Positions 18,781 to 29,819 of a DNA stretch of 64,000 bases are shown piece by piece. A model generated the notes under the pieces. That model made no database searches. It saw only the letters and a program-made list of their open reading frames with translations, and was not told the DNA's origin. The translations under genes were made by a program, and so were the position numbers. Position 1 is the first letter of the stretch, and every line of letters begins with the position of its first letter. Source of the DNA: Candidatus Poribacteria bacterium (lineage in GTDB: Bacteria; Poribacteria; WGA-4E; WGA-3G); assembly GCA_965215265.1 (NCBI GenBank), contig OZ244048.1:4448001-4512000 (forward strand), written 5' to 3'.

Positions 18781-19506
18781 TCAAATTAAAAATATGTGGA
18801 ATATAGCAAGGTGAAGAAAGAGGATACCATCAAAGGATATGAGACAGAGAGTTGCGGTAATCTCTACGCCAGGGTATGAGAGCACTCTCTCATCTAAGTG
18901 TTCTTGTGCTGTCAGTAAAACAAAAGCGAAAGCGGCTCTTTTACCTTCCCGCTGCTCAAGGATTTTTCTGCCAATCGGTTTAAAAGCCAGTACGTGGCCG
19001 AGGCGGAAGGGTTTGCCTGGCTGTAGTAACGGATACCTGTCCTTACCACGCTGACTGGCTTCACTTGCCCAACTCGAGGTAGCGATGTGATGAATGACGT
19101 ACTGTTCATCATCGGTTATCTCCTCAGCGCTTGGGATGTTCAGATATTCTTGACAGAATTTGAGGTAACGATCTTTAGGGGGCATTACCCGTTTATCGAA
19201 ATCGTGGATATCTAAAAACGGAGCAAATTTTGGGTAGGTTTTCGCTAAGAAGTTGAGGTACTCCGCGCTCGTTTCGAGCGTATTCAGCGTGATGCCGTTA
19301 GGATTCCTCCGAAACCGGCCCACTATCGCCGCGCGAGCCTCTAAATACACATCCTCTACGGCATAAAGCGGCACCTCCCTGCGTACGATACTCATCATAA
19401 GCAGTCTATACTTGGCAATGAGTTCTACGAGGGCGGTATCGTCCCTTTTTTGGATGTGTTCAAGTAAGCGAGCGTCTAAATCCGTTGTCAAAGTTTCAGA
19501 GTTCAA
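18781..19506 (-). pseudogene. chimeric ORF: ECF sigma region-2-like N-terminus fused to unrelated sequence
   Basis: DARLLEHIQKRDDTALVELIAKY...VEDVYLE resembles ECF regions 1.2/2.1-2.2; no region-4 HTH; TTG start. Confidence 0.5.
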
Positions 19507-20032
19507 GTGATATTCTTAAGGTGTCGGAAAAAGTGGAACCGGTCACGCCGTCTTAGAACGGATTAAGTTTGTGGCGGTGAGTTCCCGTTTTTTCACATCT
19601 GGCGATTTCCCGCTCGTATTTTTCTGCGCCTTTCATACAGCAAGACGTAAAAAAAGGCAAACCGGGTCGAACAAAAGACCTTTTTTTCGGAGAAATCCTC
19701 ATTTTTCAACATTTTCTGCTAAAAAAATGCGAATTGGGGTTGCGCGTTTTTTAGTCTATAGGGACTAAAGAATCCTCCAGATAACCGACGCTGTGCCGCA
19801 GGACGGAACGCTTTCAACCTCAATTTCCTACCCTATCCTGAGCAGGCGACAACATTGATCGGAAAAAACTGGTCTCTGAAATTTTCGTTGTATAAATTCA
19901 CAAGTTGTGCTATATTTAACCATGCGGTTTTTACGGATTCAGCACAGCTGACAGGTGCTATTTCTATAGAATACCATGAAATCTTTTATGTGTGCAATGT
20001 TTTTTTTAATCGATAATCCCGGTTCTTTACTC

Positions 20033-20314
20033 TAACCTAAGTTGCCACGAATCTTTAAATCGCATTTTTATATTTGTGGCGATGTGAAATAAAAAGAGCT
20101 GGCGGCGACAAGGGCGGTAGTCATCACTTCTGCATCTGTCATCTGTGTTTGTGGATGCGCTTGATGTCCGAGTGAGAGTAAAAGAGCGGCACAAAGGGTA
20201 TAAACTGCTGCAATAGTTAGGTCCATGGGCGCTGCTTTGGTTTTATTGTGATATAAACACTATAAAGGAAAACCCATGGATTTACAACTTTTTTATAGGT
20301 GGCAACTTAGGTTA
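20033..20314. mobile_element. candidate MITE / non-autonomous IS remnant
   Basis: Perfect 16-bp inverted repeats TAACCTAAGTTGCCAC (20033-20048) and GTGGCAACTTAGGTTA (20299-20314); no transposase inside. Confidence 0.5.
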
Positions 20315-20476
20315 ACGTTGAAGCGACAAGTTGATGAAATTGATGAACTGATAGTCGAGTATGAAATTCAATTACATAACCTGGAGATAGAATCGCAGAT
20401 CGCCTATGAGGTTTCAGAGGCTGCCTTAGCACTGTTTCAAAAACGGTTTGAAGAATTCAAGGCGAGTTGTGACTAA
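20276..20476 (+). CDS. short acidic coiled-coil hypothetical protein
   Basis: AAAGGA RBS; helical composition; 5' end lies inside the candidate MITE. Confidence 0.45.
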   Translation: MDLQLFYRWQLRLTLKRQVDEIDELIVEYEIQLHNLEIESQIAYEVSEAALALFQKRFEEFKASCD

Positions 20477-20518
20477 GGCTTGAACAAAATGACGCGAAAA
20501 TCTGATAAGAGTGAACGG

Positions 20519-21487
20519 ATGAAATATCTTGTTACCGGGTGTGCCGGCTTCATCGGATGGAAAGTGAGTCAATTTTTGCTTGCCGATGGCCACACCGTCG
20601 TTGGGGTGGATAACCTAAACGATGCTTATGATGTGACAGTCAAGCAGTGGAGACTCACGCAACTCCAAGAAAACTCGAATTTTGAGTTTCACCCTTCCGA
20701 TATTTGCGATAGGAGTACATTAACGGCGATATTTAAGACACCTTTTGATGCGGTTATTAATCTCGCCGCGCGTGCCGGTGTCCGACAATCTGTTGAAAAC
20801 CCGTGGGTTTACGTAGAGACGAACGTCACAGGCACGTTGAATCTGCTTGAGTGCTGCCGGGAGTTTGATGTGAAGAAATTCATACTCGCTTCCACCTCAA
20901 GCCTCTACGGAGCTAATAATCCCCTCCCATTCAGTGAAGAATCGAACACAGACGGACCCTTGTCCCCTTACGCTGCATCCAAAAAAGGGGCAGAGGCACT
21001 TTGCCATAGTTACCACCATCTCTATGGGGTTGACGTGACGATATTCCGTTTTTTTACCGTCTACGGGCCAGCTGGACGGCCAGATATGAGTGCGTTCCGA
21101 TTCGTCCAATGGATTAGCGAAGAACAGCCCGTCACGGTTTATGGGGATGGGCAACAGTCCTCGCGGGATTATACCTACGTTGAGGATATTGCCCGGGGGG
21201 TCATCGCCGGACTCGAACCGCTCGGTTACGAGGTTATCAACCTCGGTTCGGATAGCCCCGTTGTATTAATAGAGACCATTCGCTTGATAGAGGAGCTCGT
21301 CGGCAAAAAAGCGAAACTTGAACATCATCCGTTTCATCCTGCCGATGTCCGAGCGACGTGGGCAGATATCCGAAAAGCCGAACGCCTCTTAGGATGGCAC
21401 CCGCGGGTCACGTTTCACCAAGGTATATCCGCATTGGTTGCGTGGTACCAGCAAAATCGCACGTGGGTAAAGGACGTTCAAACCTGA
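20519..21487 (+). CDS. NAD-dependent nucleotide-sugar epimerase (UDP-glucuronate 4-epimerase-like)
   Basis: VTGCAGFIG, NLAARAGVRQS, ASTSSLYG, YAASK, RFFTVYGPAGRPDM. Confidence 0.93.
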   Translation: MKYLVTGCAGFIGWKVSQFLLADGHTVVGVDNLNDAYDVTVKQWRLTQLQENSNFEFHPSDICDRSTLTAIFKTPFDAVINLAARAGVRQSVENPWVYVETNVTGTLNLLECCREFDVKKFILASTSSLYGANNPLPFSEESNTDGPLSPYAASKKGAEALCHSYHHLYGVDVTIFRFFTVYGPAGRPDMSAFRFVQWISEEQPVTVYGDGQQSSRDYTYVEDIARGVIAGLEPLGYEVINLGSDSPVVLIETIRLIEELVGKKAKLEHHPFHPADVRATWADIRKAERLLGWHPRVTFHQGISALVAWYQQNRTWVKDVQT

Positions 21488-21494
21488 GTTGGGT

Positions 21495-22499
21495 TCATAC
21501 AAAAAGCACCCACATCGGATTTTCACCTACTGCATAGTTCTCAAGGGGCGAGAGCGCCCCGGTCTGTTGATTAATTCGGTAGGTAGCGATTCTGCCTGAG
21601 CCTTGCCCTCCGACAAATAGGAAGTTCCCTGTCCCGTCAATGTTGAAAACCCGCGGTGTCGGCTCTGTCAGTTGGTGCCCCGTAGTTGTTATTTCGCCGC
21701 TCTTTTCGTCAATTGCGAAGCCCGCAATGCTATCGTGCCCTCGGTTAGAAACGTACAGGAACCTTGCATCTGGCGTTAGGTGAATCTGAGCACAGGTATT
21801 TCCTTCTTCAAAGTCTGCTGGCAGTGTAGAAACCGTTCGCAGATGCCGCAGGTAGCCCTCGTCTTCGATGAGTTCGTAAGTACTCATGCTGGAGCCCTGT
21901 TCATCTGAAAAGTAAAGCACCGGTTTATCAGGATGAAAGCAGTAATGGCGTGGTCCAATTGGCGTATCCGGATTGAAATGTCCGCGGCTGTTTTCAGTCA
22001 GTGCCCCCGTATCTTCCGAGAAGTAAAACTGGTAGATAGCGTTCCGCGGTACGGTGTGTGGCACGAAAACAAACCGATTTGACGCATCTGTCTCAATACA
22101 ATGCGCGTGCGGTGCTGTCGCAACCGTGTGGACTGGTTCGCCTTGAACAGTTTTATCCTCACCAATTGCATGGACGGTAACTTTGCCTGCCCCATAATAA
22201 GCAGAGAGCAGAAAATTGCCTGTGTTATCCGTTGAAATATAGCACGTATCCGCATCAAGCACAATCGTTCGTAGGTGGGTAAGGCGCTTCGCTTGCTCCG
22301 CAATGCGGAAACTCGCAATTTCACGACTGGATCGAAGCCCCGCGTACAGGTAGTTACCACATGGCGAGAGGGCTAAGGGCCCGGGAGACCCGCTGACATT
22401 AACATTTTCCTGAAATTCAATCTCGCCACTCGCTGCATTGAACATATAGATGGCGATTCTATTCTCTCCAGCAATTGAAAAATAAACGTGAGTTTGCAT
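21495..22499 (-). CDS. pgl: 6-phosphogluconolactonase (7-bladed lactonase family)
   Basis: AHCI, GPRH, LYVSNRGHDSIA, PRVFNID motifs. Confidence 0.85.
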   Translation of the reverse strand: MQTHVYFSIAGENRIAIYMFNAASGEIEFQENVNVSGSPGPLALSPCGNYLYAGLRSSREIASFRIAEQAKRLTHLRTIVLDADTCYISTDNTGNFLLSAYYGAGKVTVHAIGEDKTVQGEPVHTVATAPHAHCIETDASNRFVFVPHTVPRNAIYQFYFSEDTGALTENSRGHFNPDTPIGPRHYCFHPDKPVLYFSDEQGSSMSTYELIEDEGYLRHLRTVSTLPADFEEGNTCAQIHLTPDARFLYVSNRGHDSIAGFAIDEKSGEITTTGHQLTEPTPRVFNIDGTGNFLFVGGQGSGRIATYRINQQTGALSPLENYAVGENPMWVLFV

Positions 22500-22590
22500 G
22501 TTAGTTCCTTTTTTGTAAGCAGCCCAGGCATGGTGCTTTTGGTGCGAAATTCAGACTGCTAATTCGTTGGAGACTTTATGGCACGAAACT

Positions 22591-23760
22591 TTACAAGTAC
22601 TCAAAGATGCCTGCAGCTCCCATGCCGCCCCCGACACACATCGTTACCATACCGTACCGGTGATTTTGTCTACGCATTTCGTTGAGCAAACTCACCGTCA
22701 GCTTTGTTCCAGTGCAACCAAGCGGATGCCCCAGTGCAATCGCGCCACCGTTGGGGTTAACCTTGTCCAATGGCAGTCCTGCTTCCTGAATCACAGCGAG
22801 GGCTTGCACAGCGAATGCCTCGTTGAGTTCAATGACATCTATATCCTCCAGCGTTAATCCGGCTGATTTCAGTGCCTTGGGAATTGCAGAGACGGGCCCG
22901 ATTCCCATAATTTCGGGCGGAACGCCGGCAGTGGCGTAACTCACAAAACGGGCTAAGGGTGTGCATTTCTCTGCCTGCGCGCGTGCCTCGGACATCAAGA
23001 CCACCGCAGCCGCACCGTCGCTCATCTGTGAGGCGTTGCCAGCTGTCACAGTTCCTGTTTCGTGGAAAACAGGTTTAAGCGATGCCAATGTTTCTAACGA
23101 CGTATCCCGGCGCACACCCTCGTCTACGTGAAAACCTACGCAATCCGAGCTGCTTTCCAATAGTACTGTGACAGGCACAATTTCAGAATTGAAATTGCCT
23201 GCATCAACTGCCTTAATAGCTTTCCGATGGCTCTCCAAGGCGAATTCGTCTTGTGCTGCTCGCGAGATATTGTACTTATGCACAAGGTTTTCTGCTGTGA
23301 GCCCCATGCTCAGATAAGCCTCCGGTGCATGTTCCATCAAATAAGGATTCGGCGACAAGTTCGCAGCAAACGGCACGAGACTCATGCTCTCTGTGCCCCC
23401 CGCTACAACTACCTCCGCGCGCCCTGACAAAATTCGCTCAGCTCCCATCGCTATTGATTCCAATCCGGATGCACAGAATCGATTCAGTGTCATTGCCGGT
23501 ACCGAGACAGGGAGTTTCGCCCGTAAACTGGCAATTCGAGCTACGTTGTAACCTTGCGTGCCCTCGGGCGACGCACACCCGAGGATGACATCGTCTATTG
23601 TCTCCAAATTGAGGTCCGGCAGCTTCTCTACTGCACTACGAATAACCACAGCCGCGAGTTCATCTGGACGTGTATTTTTCAGCGTACCTCTGCCTGCTTT
23701 TCCAACGGCGGTTCGCACTGCGGATACGATAACCACGTTTTTATCTCTGTTTCCAAACAT
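22591..23760 (-). CDS. fadA: thiolase (acetyl-CoA C-acyltransferase)
   Basis: [43 protein letters not shown]. Confidence 0.93.
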   Translation of the reverse strand: MFGNRDKNVVIVSAVRTAVGKAGRGTLKNTRPDELAAVVIRSAVEKLPDLNLETIDDVILGCASPEGTQGYNVARIASLRAKLPVSVPAMTLNRFCASGLESIAMGAERILSGRAEVVVAGGTESMSLVPFAANLSPNPYLMEHAPEAYLSMGLTAENLVHKYNISRAAQDEFALESHRKAIKAVDAGNFNSEIVPVTVLLESSSDCVGFHVDEGVRRDTSLETLASLKPVFHETGTVTAGNASQMSDGAAAVVLMSEARAQAEKCTPLARFVSYATAGVPPEIMGIGPVSAIPKALKSAGLTLEDIDVIELNEAFAVQALAVIQEAGLPLDKVNPNGGAIALGHPLGCTGTKLTVSLLNEMRRQNHRYGMVTMCVGGGMGAAGIFEYL

Positions 23761-23892
23761 AACACATTTTCCTCAGCGTGAATGTCGGACTTTCGATCTT
23801 TTTGGAGATGCGAGCGATAAGACGGCCTGGCAGTAAGTTCCCATGTCCATCTTGTCAAAGTCTCTTTGGTTAATGTAGATGTACTTTATGCT

Positions 23893-25194
23893 TCACTCGT
23901 TCGAACTTTTTTCGCTTAGCTTTTTTATTTTTTCCGAATAACGACGAAACCGTGTCAGATAATTCCCTAACTCATCTTGGATACGCCGCGCACGCGTCGC
24001 CGGCCCAATATAGTGGCTAATGAAGATGCAAAAGGCTAACACCTCACCATCCGCTGTAATAGTGTAACCAGCAAGAGCAGAGACACCGCTTAATGTTCCT
24101 GTTTTTGCCCGAAGCAGCTTCTCAGCCCGCATCCCTTTCATCCGATTCTTTAATGTTCCATCAACCCCAGCAATCGGCATCGATGATAAGTATTCAGGCA
24201 TGATTTCAAAATTGTCGTAAACGGCAACAAGCAAATCCGTCAACAATTCAGCGTTAACCAAATTGTAACGAGACAATCCAGAACCGTCAAAGATCCGAAA
24301 CGCAGAGGTATTCTCATGACCTATTTCCGATAAAAATTCGGTGATAACCTCTTTCCCTTTTTGCCATGTTCCCGGCTCCCCTTTCACTTCAGCACCGAGC
24401 GTTTTAAAAAGCAGTTCAGCAATACTGTTATTGCTCGGTTTATTCATCCGCCTGAGAATCTCAGCAAGTGGCGGCGATCGATGTGTCTCAAGCGTGGTTA
24501 CAGTTGATGGAACCGTTCCGAGAGAAACCTCTCCATTGACGATAATGCCACTTTGTGTCAGCAGCCTCTCCAACACGAGTCCACACGCAACGGCGCGCCC
24601 TATATCTGGGTTTTCAGGCGAACTTCCGTGGAGAGCCAAAGCACTCAATCGAAGTGGTTTATCATCCCACATCCATCCGGGCCCCTCCCGCACCGTGTCG
24701 AGGTAACTCTCATCAACGACGATATCACCCTTTATCAACTTTACGTCAGCGTCTATTAACGCATGAATCAATTTCGCCAAGTCGTTCTCTTGAAATACCG
24801 GATCTGACCTGCCTTTGAGATAGATATTTCCGGCGACGCATCCATCTACAATAGGAACCTCAGCATAAAGTGTTGTTTCAAACCGATAGTCTGGTGTCAA
24901 TTTCGCCAAAGCCGCAGCCGCTGTTATGAGTTTCATTGTCGAAGCAGGATGGTGTAACTTGTGAACGTTCTTGCCATAAAGTTCTTCTCCTGTCTTCACA
25001 GAAACAACCTTGATGCCGATATGTGCTGCTGTGAAAAGTGAATCCAACAAAACACTGTCAAGTTGGGCATGTAACCTTTTGAGTGAGTCTGCAGGGATTG
25101 CTGGGGGTTGACTTGCACTAGGCTTCGTCGTAGAAATCCCGCAGCTTGATAGGTGCACTACACAACAGCACAAAAAAATAGCAGAAGTTTTCAT
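23893..25194 (-). CDS. dacB: D-alanyl-D-alanine carboxypeptidase/endopeptidase PBP4 (peptidase S13)
   Basis: PASTMK, SNN, DGSGLSR, KTGTL; possible lipobox LSSC. Confidence 0.95.
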   Translation of the reverse strand: MKTSAIFLCCCVVHLSSCGISTTKPSASQPPAIPADSLKRLHAQLDSVLLDSLFTAAHIGIKVVSVKTGEELYGKNVHKLHHPASTMKLITAAAALAKLTPDYRFETTLYAEVPIVDGCVAGNIYLKGRSDPVFQENDLAKLIHALIDADVKLIKGDIVVDESYLDTVREGPGWMWDDKPLRLSALALHGSSPENPDIGRAVACGLVLERLLTQSGIIVNGEVSLGTVPSTVTTLETHRSPPLAEILRRMNKPSNNSIAELLFKTLGAEVKGEPGTWQKGKEVITEFLSEIGHENTSAFRIFDGSGLSRYNLVNAELLTDLLVAVYDNFEIMPEYLSSMPIAGVDGTLKNRMKGMRAEKLLRAKTGTLSGVSALAGYTITADGEVLAFCIFISHYIGPATRARRIQDELGNYLTRFRRYSEKIKKLSEKSSNE

Positions 25195-25428
25195 AAATGT
25201 TTATGATAACACATTTATCTCAATTAGAAAAGAGAAACATAAACGGAGGTACTACTGTTCAAAAATGTTAAAATTAAACGGATTTTAGGGCACTAGGGTA
25301 TGACATGACATTAGAGCATTCCCATTAAACCGTAAATTCAAAATGTTTTCAAGACAGAAAGTGTCAAAAATAGACAAAAAGGTTAAATAAAATTTCAATT
25401 GTTCTGTGGCATTGAATGCTTAACTGAA

Positions 25429-25457
25429 TTTGACTTTTGCACTGAGACATGTTAAAA
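25429..25457 (+). promoter_or_regulatory. sigma70 promoter for cimA
   Basis: TTGACT-17-TAAAAT. Confidence 0.65.
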
Positions 25458-25571
25458 TAGTAGTAGTACTTAATAAGGATTTTGTCAGGGGATTCAATTG
25501 TGAACCCGTGGCATAATTTCAAAACCTGCATATTTTGTTGGCGTTAGTAGAAGGAGACACCGGATTTCAAA

Positions 25572-27146
25572 ATGGTTGAATTTTATGATACAACGCTCAG
25601 GGACGGTAGCCAAGCCGAAGGCGTGGCGTTTTCCGTTGAAGATAAACTTATTATCATAGAAGCATTGGACCAATTAGGTATACACTATATTGAAGGTGGG
25701 TACCCCGGTTCCAATCCCAAAGATATAGAATTTTTTAAAAGGGCGAAAGAGTTAGTATTGGAAAACACCACGGTTGTGCCGTTCGGAAGCACACGGTATC
25801 CTACATATTCGCCTGATGAAGATCCAAACCTCTCAGCACTGCTTGAGACGGGTGCACGCACACTCACCATTTTTGGTAAAAGCTGGCGACTCCACGCCAC
25901 AGATGTTCTACGTGTGACTGCAGCCGATAACTTAGAATTAATTGAGGGCTCTGTCAGCTATCTTGTCGAGAACGGCCGCGAGGTGATTTACGATGCCGAG
26001 CATTTTTTTGACGGGTACGCCGATGACACTGACTATGCCTTGGAGACGGTGAGGGCAGCCGCAGCTGGAGGGGCGAAATGTATTGTTCTCTGTGATACGA
26101 ACGGCGGCAGATTGCCATTGGAAATTCAGGAGGGTGTCAAAGCAGCAATGGATGCTGTAGCACTTCCTATCGGTATCCACGCCCATAACGACGCAGGCAT
26201 GGGCGCTGCGAATTCTGTATTGGCTGTACAAGCCGGGGCAAACCACGTACAAGGCACCTTCAACGGCTACGGAGAACGCTGTGGAAATGCGAATCTCGCT
26301 TCCATCATCCCTACAATTCAACTCAAATTAGGAATAGAATGCCTCACTGAAACGCAATTGAAGGCGTTAACGAGCGTTTCGCGTCTTATCAGCGAATTGG
26401 CGAATCTGCCTCACGACGAACGCCAACCTTACGTTGGACGTTCAGCGTTCGCGCATAAGGGCGGTTTACATACAGATGCTATCCGTAAAAACCGGTTAAC
26501 CTACGAACATATCCAGCCTGAACGCGTCGGAAATACGCAACGCATTCTTATCTCCGATCAGGCGGGACGTGGGACGATTATAAAAAAGATTGAGAAAGAA
26601 TATCCGAATTACGATAAGAATTCACCTGAAGTCCGCCAACTCTTTGAGAACCTCAAAGCAGCGGAACAAGAAGGGTATCAGTACGAGGCTGCCGAAGCCT
26701 CTTTTGAACTTCTTACACGCAGTGTCTTTCACGGATACGAGGCTTTTTTTCACCAGCCCGGTTTCCGCGTCATTGTCGAGAAATTCGGTGACAGATTGCT
26801 GCGCTCCGAAGCGACTGTAAAAGTTACAACACCAGATGGCATCACAATGCACACCGCCGCAGATGGGGACGGACCTGTTAACGCCCTTGATGCTGCACTT
26901 CGGAAGGCATTAGAACAGTTCTACCCCTCTCTACAAACCATCCGACTGATGGATTACAAAGTCCGAGTACTCAATACCAAAGCTGGAACCGGTGCCAAAA
27001 TTCGCGTGCTGATTGAATCCAGCGACGGAGAAATGACGTGGAGAACCGTCGGAGTTTCAGACAATATCATCTCTGCTAGCTGCGAAGCACTCATAGACAG
27101 CTTCGAATACAAACTTTATAAAGACCCGGCGGCAGGAAAAAATTAG
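25572..27146 (+). CDS. cimA: citramalate synthase
   Basis: YDTTLRDGSQAEG, IEGGYPGSNPKD, DAEHFFDG, CDTNGG, AFAHKGG, GPVNALD. Confidence 0.93.
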   Translation: MVEFYDTTLRDGSQAEGVAFSVEDKLIIIEALDQLGIHYIEGGYPGSNPKDIEFFKRAKELVLENTTVVPFGSTRYPTYSPDEDPNLSALLETGARTLTIFGKSWRLHATDVLRVTAADNLELIEGSVSYLVENGREVIYDAEHFFDGYADDTDYALETVRAAAAGGAKCIVLCDTNGGRLPLEIQEGVKAAMDAVALPIGIHAHNDAGMGAANSVLAVQAGANHVQGTFNGYGERCGNANLASIIPTIQLKLGIECLTETQLKALTSVSRLISELANLPHDERQPYVGRSAFAHKGGLHTDAIRKNRLTYEHIQPERVGNTQRILISDQAGRGTIIKKIEKEYPNYDKNSPEVRQLFENLKAAEQEGYQYEAAEASFELLTRSVFHGYEAFFHQPGFRVIVEKFGDRLLRSEATVKVTTPDGITMHTAADGDGPVNALDAALRKALEQFYPSLQTIRLMDYKVRVLNTKAGTGAKIRVLIESSDGEMTWRTVGVSDNIISASCEALIDSFEYKLYKDPAAGKN

Positions 27147-27200
27147 CCAAAAGAGACTTTGGAACTTTACGCCGCCACATTCGCGATATGGAGGGATACG

Positions 27201-27761
27201 ATGGGGAGCTTAGCACAAATTCAAAAAGCCGCTGAGAGAATTATTGCTCTCTGCCGAAAGGAAAAGCTGACCAAAACAGACAAGAAAAAGATGTCGGTCC
27301 TACATGCCGACATTTTTACCGGCATCGAAAAACTTAACGAATGCGAATTCTGTGGTGCAATCAGCGACATCATCGCTACCTTGACACTCGCAGAGATAAC
27401 AGCAAAGTTGTGCAAAGAGTGTGGGGTGAAGGCATTAGAAACTGGCAAAATCCAGGCACCGACAAAAAGGGCATCCCGGAAACAGACTCGCCGCTCGAGA
27501 ACTTCTAAAACGACATCGAAATCTGAACCTGTCGATAAAGAACCTGAGAATCCGGGAGAGTTACACACCCGCGTCGAAGAGCAGACCGGCATCAAAAAAG
27601 CGGATGTAAAACGTTTACATAGAATTTTAACCGATATTGCAACCCCGATGAGCCGTGAACATACGCTCACCTATGTCCAACGCGAGGTAGAAAATGCTAA
27701 ACTAAAGGTTGAGCCACATACCTTGGAAAAAGCCGTTGAACTTTTGATGGCACCCGGTTAA
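27201..27761 (+). CDS. hypothetical protein with CxxC...CxxC and basic linker
   Basis: GGAGG RBS before ATG 27201; CEFC, CKEC. Confidence 0.7.
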   Translation: MGSLAQIQKAAERIIALCRKEKLTKTDKKKMSVLHADIFTGIEKLNECEFCGAISDIIATLTLAEITAKLCKECGVKALETGKIQAPTKRASRKQTRRSRTSKTTSKSEPVDKEPENPGELHTRVEEQTGIKKADVKRLHRILTDIATPMSREHTLTYVQREVENAKLKVEPHTLEKAVELLMAPG

Positions 27762-27882
27762 TGTATAAGACATGTTACTATCATCTACAAGGCATTTCTA
27801 CATTTAGGAGATGCTACATGTTCAAAATTCCGTGTGCCGCCACGACTTTGTCGAAAATAAACCGCACAGTTGAAAATATAAC

Positions 27883-27911
27883 TTGACAAATCGGATTCTA
27901 TGTGGTATTAT
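27883..27911 (+). promoter_or_regulatory. sigma70 promoter for the ferredoxins
   Basis: TTGACA-17-TATTAT with extended TG. Confidence 0.7.
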
Positions 27912-28117
27912 TATAGTGTCCCTGAATTGCAACTCAGTAGACAGTCTTTTTTCTTTCGCAACTCACAGTGCAGCTTCCTGCAACTTTGACGATATTTGTG
28001 GATAATGGCCAAGGTTGCTCTGGCGAGATGGGCATATCTACGCTCACGCCAAACACGCCTTACCGTTTTAATCGACAAAAGCTGTAAGTAAATCAAGAAG
28101 AAAGGAGTTTTTCGCAA

Positions 28118-28375
28118 ATGACGTATGTAATTTGTGAGCCCTGCATTGACGTGAAGGATAGCGCGTGCGTTGACGTATGTCCCGTTGACTGTATACACCC
28201 TTTACCGGATGCTGAAGAGTTTGAAGATGTAAATCAGCTTTACATCGATCCGGAAGAGTGCATCGATTGTGGCGTATGCGAGCCCGAATGTCCCGTTGAA
28301 GCCATCTTTATGGAAGAAGATGTTCCAGAAGAGTGGGAGCATTTTACCGAGCTCAACGCTGAATACTTCCAATAG
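28118..28375 (+). CDS. fdxA: 7Fe-type dicluster ferredoxin, copy 1
   Basis: CIDVKDSACVDVCPVDCI and CIDCGVCEPECP; AAGGAG RBS. Confidence 0.95.
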   Translation: MTYVICEPCIDVKDSACVDVCPVDCIHPLPDAEEFEDVNQLYIDPEECIDCGVCEPECPVEAIFMEEDVPEEWEHFTELNAEYFQ

Positions 28376-28483
28376 AAGGCTATAAAAAAGGTGCAAACGG
28401 TTGTCGGTTTTTGATACTTCTTCAGGTAACACAAAGTGACAGCCGTTTGAACCTTCTCAAAGAAGAAAGGAGTTTTTTCGCAA

Positions 28484-28741
28484 ATGACGTATGTAATTTG
28501 TGAGCCCTGTATTGATGTGAAGGATAGTGCGTGCGTTGACGTGTGTCCTGTTGACTGCATACACCCGGGACCGGATGCTGAAGAGTTTGAAGATGTAAAT
28601 CAACTCTATATAGATCCGGAAGAATGTATCGATTGTAACGTCTGTGTCCCTGAATGTCCCGTTGAAGCCATCTACATGGAAGAAGATGTTCCAGAAGAGT
28701 GGGAACATTTTATCGAGCTCAACGCTGAATACTTCCAATAA
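28484..28741 (+). CDS. fdxA: 7Fe-type dicluster ferredoxin, copy 2
   Basis: 80/85 aa identical to copy 1; CIDCNVCVPECP. Confidence 0.95.
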   Translation: MTYVICEPCIDVKDSACVDVCPVDCIHPGPDAEEFEDVNQLYIDPEECIDCNVCVPECPVEAIYMEEDVPEEWEHFIELNAEYFQ

Positions 28742-28890
28742 GGCACGACAGAAGGTAGGGCAAAAGGTTTAGTTAGCGGCATCTCTATAGATGACGCAAA
28801 GTGTTGATTAGCAGATCTGGTTATTCCGTTCTAGTATCAAAGTGCCTATAGATGTTTGTTTGATGCTATCTTGACAGTGGAGAAATCTCA

Positions 28891-29235
28891 ATGGGTGAGC
28901 AGACTCGCAGTTTAGGCAACAAGCCGTATGAAATCAAAAGAATGGAAGATTACCTGGTAGTACGCTGGACAGATTCACATCTTAGTAGGCTCTCCTATAA
29001 GCTTCTCCGGCAAAAATGCCCTTGTGCAAGGTGTCAAGCCATGCGCGAGGGAAAAAATCATTTTCATATCTTACCCTCTGACACGTTTTTTCAGAACCTT
29101 AATCTAGTGGACATCCAGCCAGTTGGAAATTATGCCGTACGCCTCTTATGGAACGATGGCCATCGCACCGGAATTTATCCCTTTGCTTTTTTGCGAGAAC
29201 TATCTGATGAGGAGAGCAACCCGGCAACAACATAG
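28891..29235 (+). CDS. DUF971 / GBBH-like N-terminal domain protein
   Basis: LRQKCPCARC, PVGNYAVRLLWNDGHRTGIY. Confidence 0.9.
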   Translation: MGEQTRSLGNKPYEIKRMEDYLVVRWTDSHLSRLSYKLLRQKCPCARCQAMREGKNHFHILPSDTFFQNLNLVDIQPVGNYAVRLLWNDGHRTGIYPFAFLRELSDEESNPATT

Positions 29236-29774
29236 CAGTTCGGTTCTTTTCGTTCTACGCCCAATTGCTTACTCACCATTTGACATTCCCGCCAATAGCG
29301 CGTGTAATTGAGCGGTATAAAACGTTGCCGCTGCCCGATGAACGTTTTATGGCAGCAGGCTAATTCATTTCCATTATGCAGCGGGTACCCCCACACCCGG
29401 CAGATGACGGGACGGTGCTCATAAACAGTGCAAACTCCAGCAATAAGCATCGGACATTCGCCTTCACGCTTGCCTTTTATCACCTGAATCGCGTCAAGCC
29501 CTACCTGCGCTGCCATATTTTTAGCGTTGTAACCTTCTGCCTCCAGGGCGCGAATGGTCCGCTCCGCTTTCTGGCGGATATGCATCCGTAACTGTAATGG
29601 GAGCGCGTCTAAACCCACCTTCAAGTCGCGTGCTTCGGCCTCGCTTATCGCCATCGTTGCAGTATTTTTGCAACATTCAAAACAGTCCGCCGGACAGGGA
29701 AAACGCCCATATTCTTTGCGCAACCGCTGAACTTCTTTGGTAATCTCAGCAGTGAGTTCATGATAGGTTTGCAT
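29175..29774 (-). CDS. YkgJ-family CxxCxxCC cysteine-cluster protein
   Basis: CPADCFECC, CPML...CTVYEHRPVICR. Confidence 0.9.
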   Translation of the reverse strand: MQTYHELTAEITKEVQRLRKEYGRFPCPADCFECCKNTATMAISEAEARDLKVGLDALPLQLRMHIRQKAERTIRALEAEGYNAKNMAAQVGLDAIQVIKGKREGECPMLIAGVCTVYEHRPVICRVWGYPLHNGNELACCHKTFIGQRQRFIPLNYTRYWRECQMVSKQLGVERKEPNCYVVAGLLSSSDSSRKKAKG

Positions 29775-29819
29775 AATAGATATTGCAGGAAATGGATTGC
29801 TACGACTTTACCACTTTGA

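Noticed and set aside
27915-28117. Riboswitch in the ferredoxin leader
   Set aside because: Long leader with a weak hairpin but no recognisable aptamer consensus.
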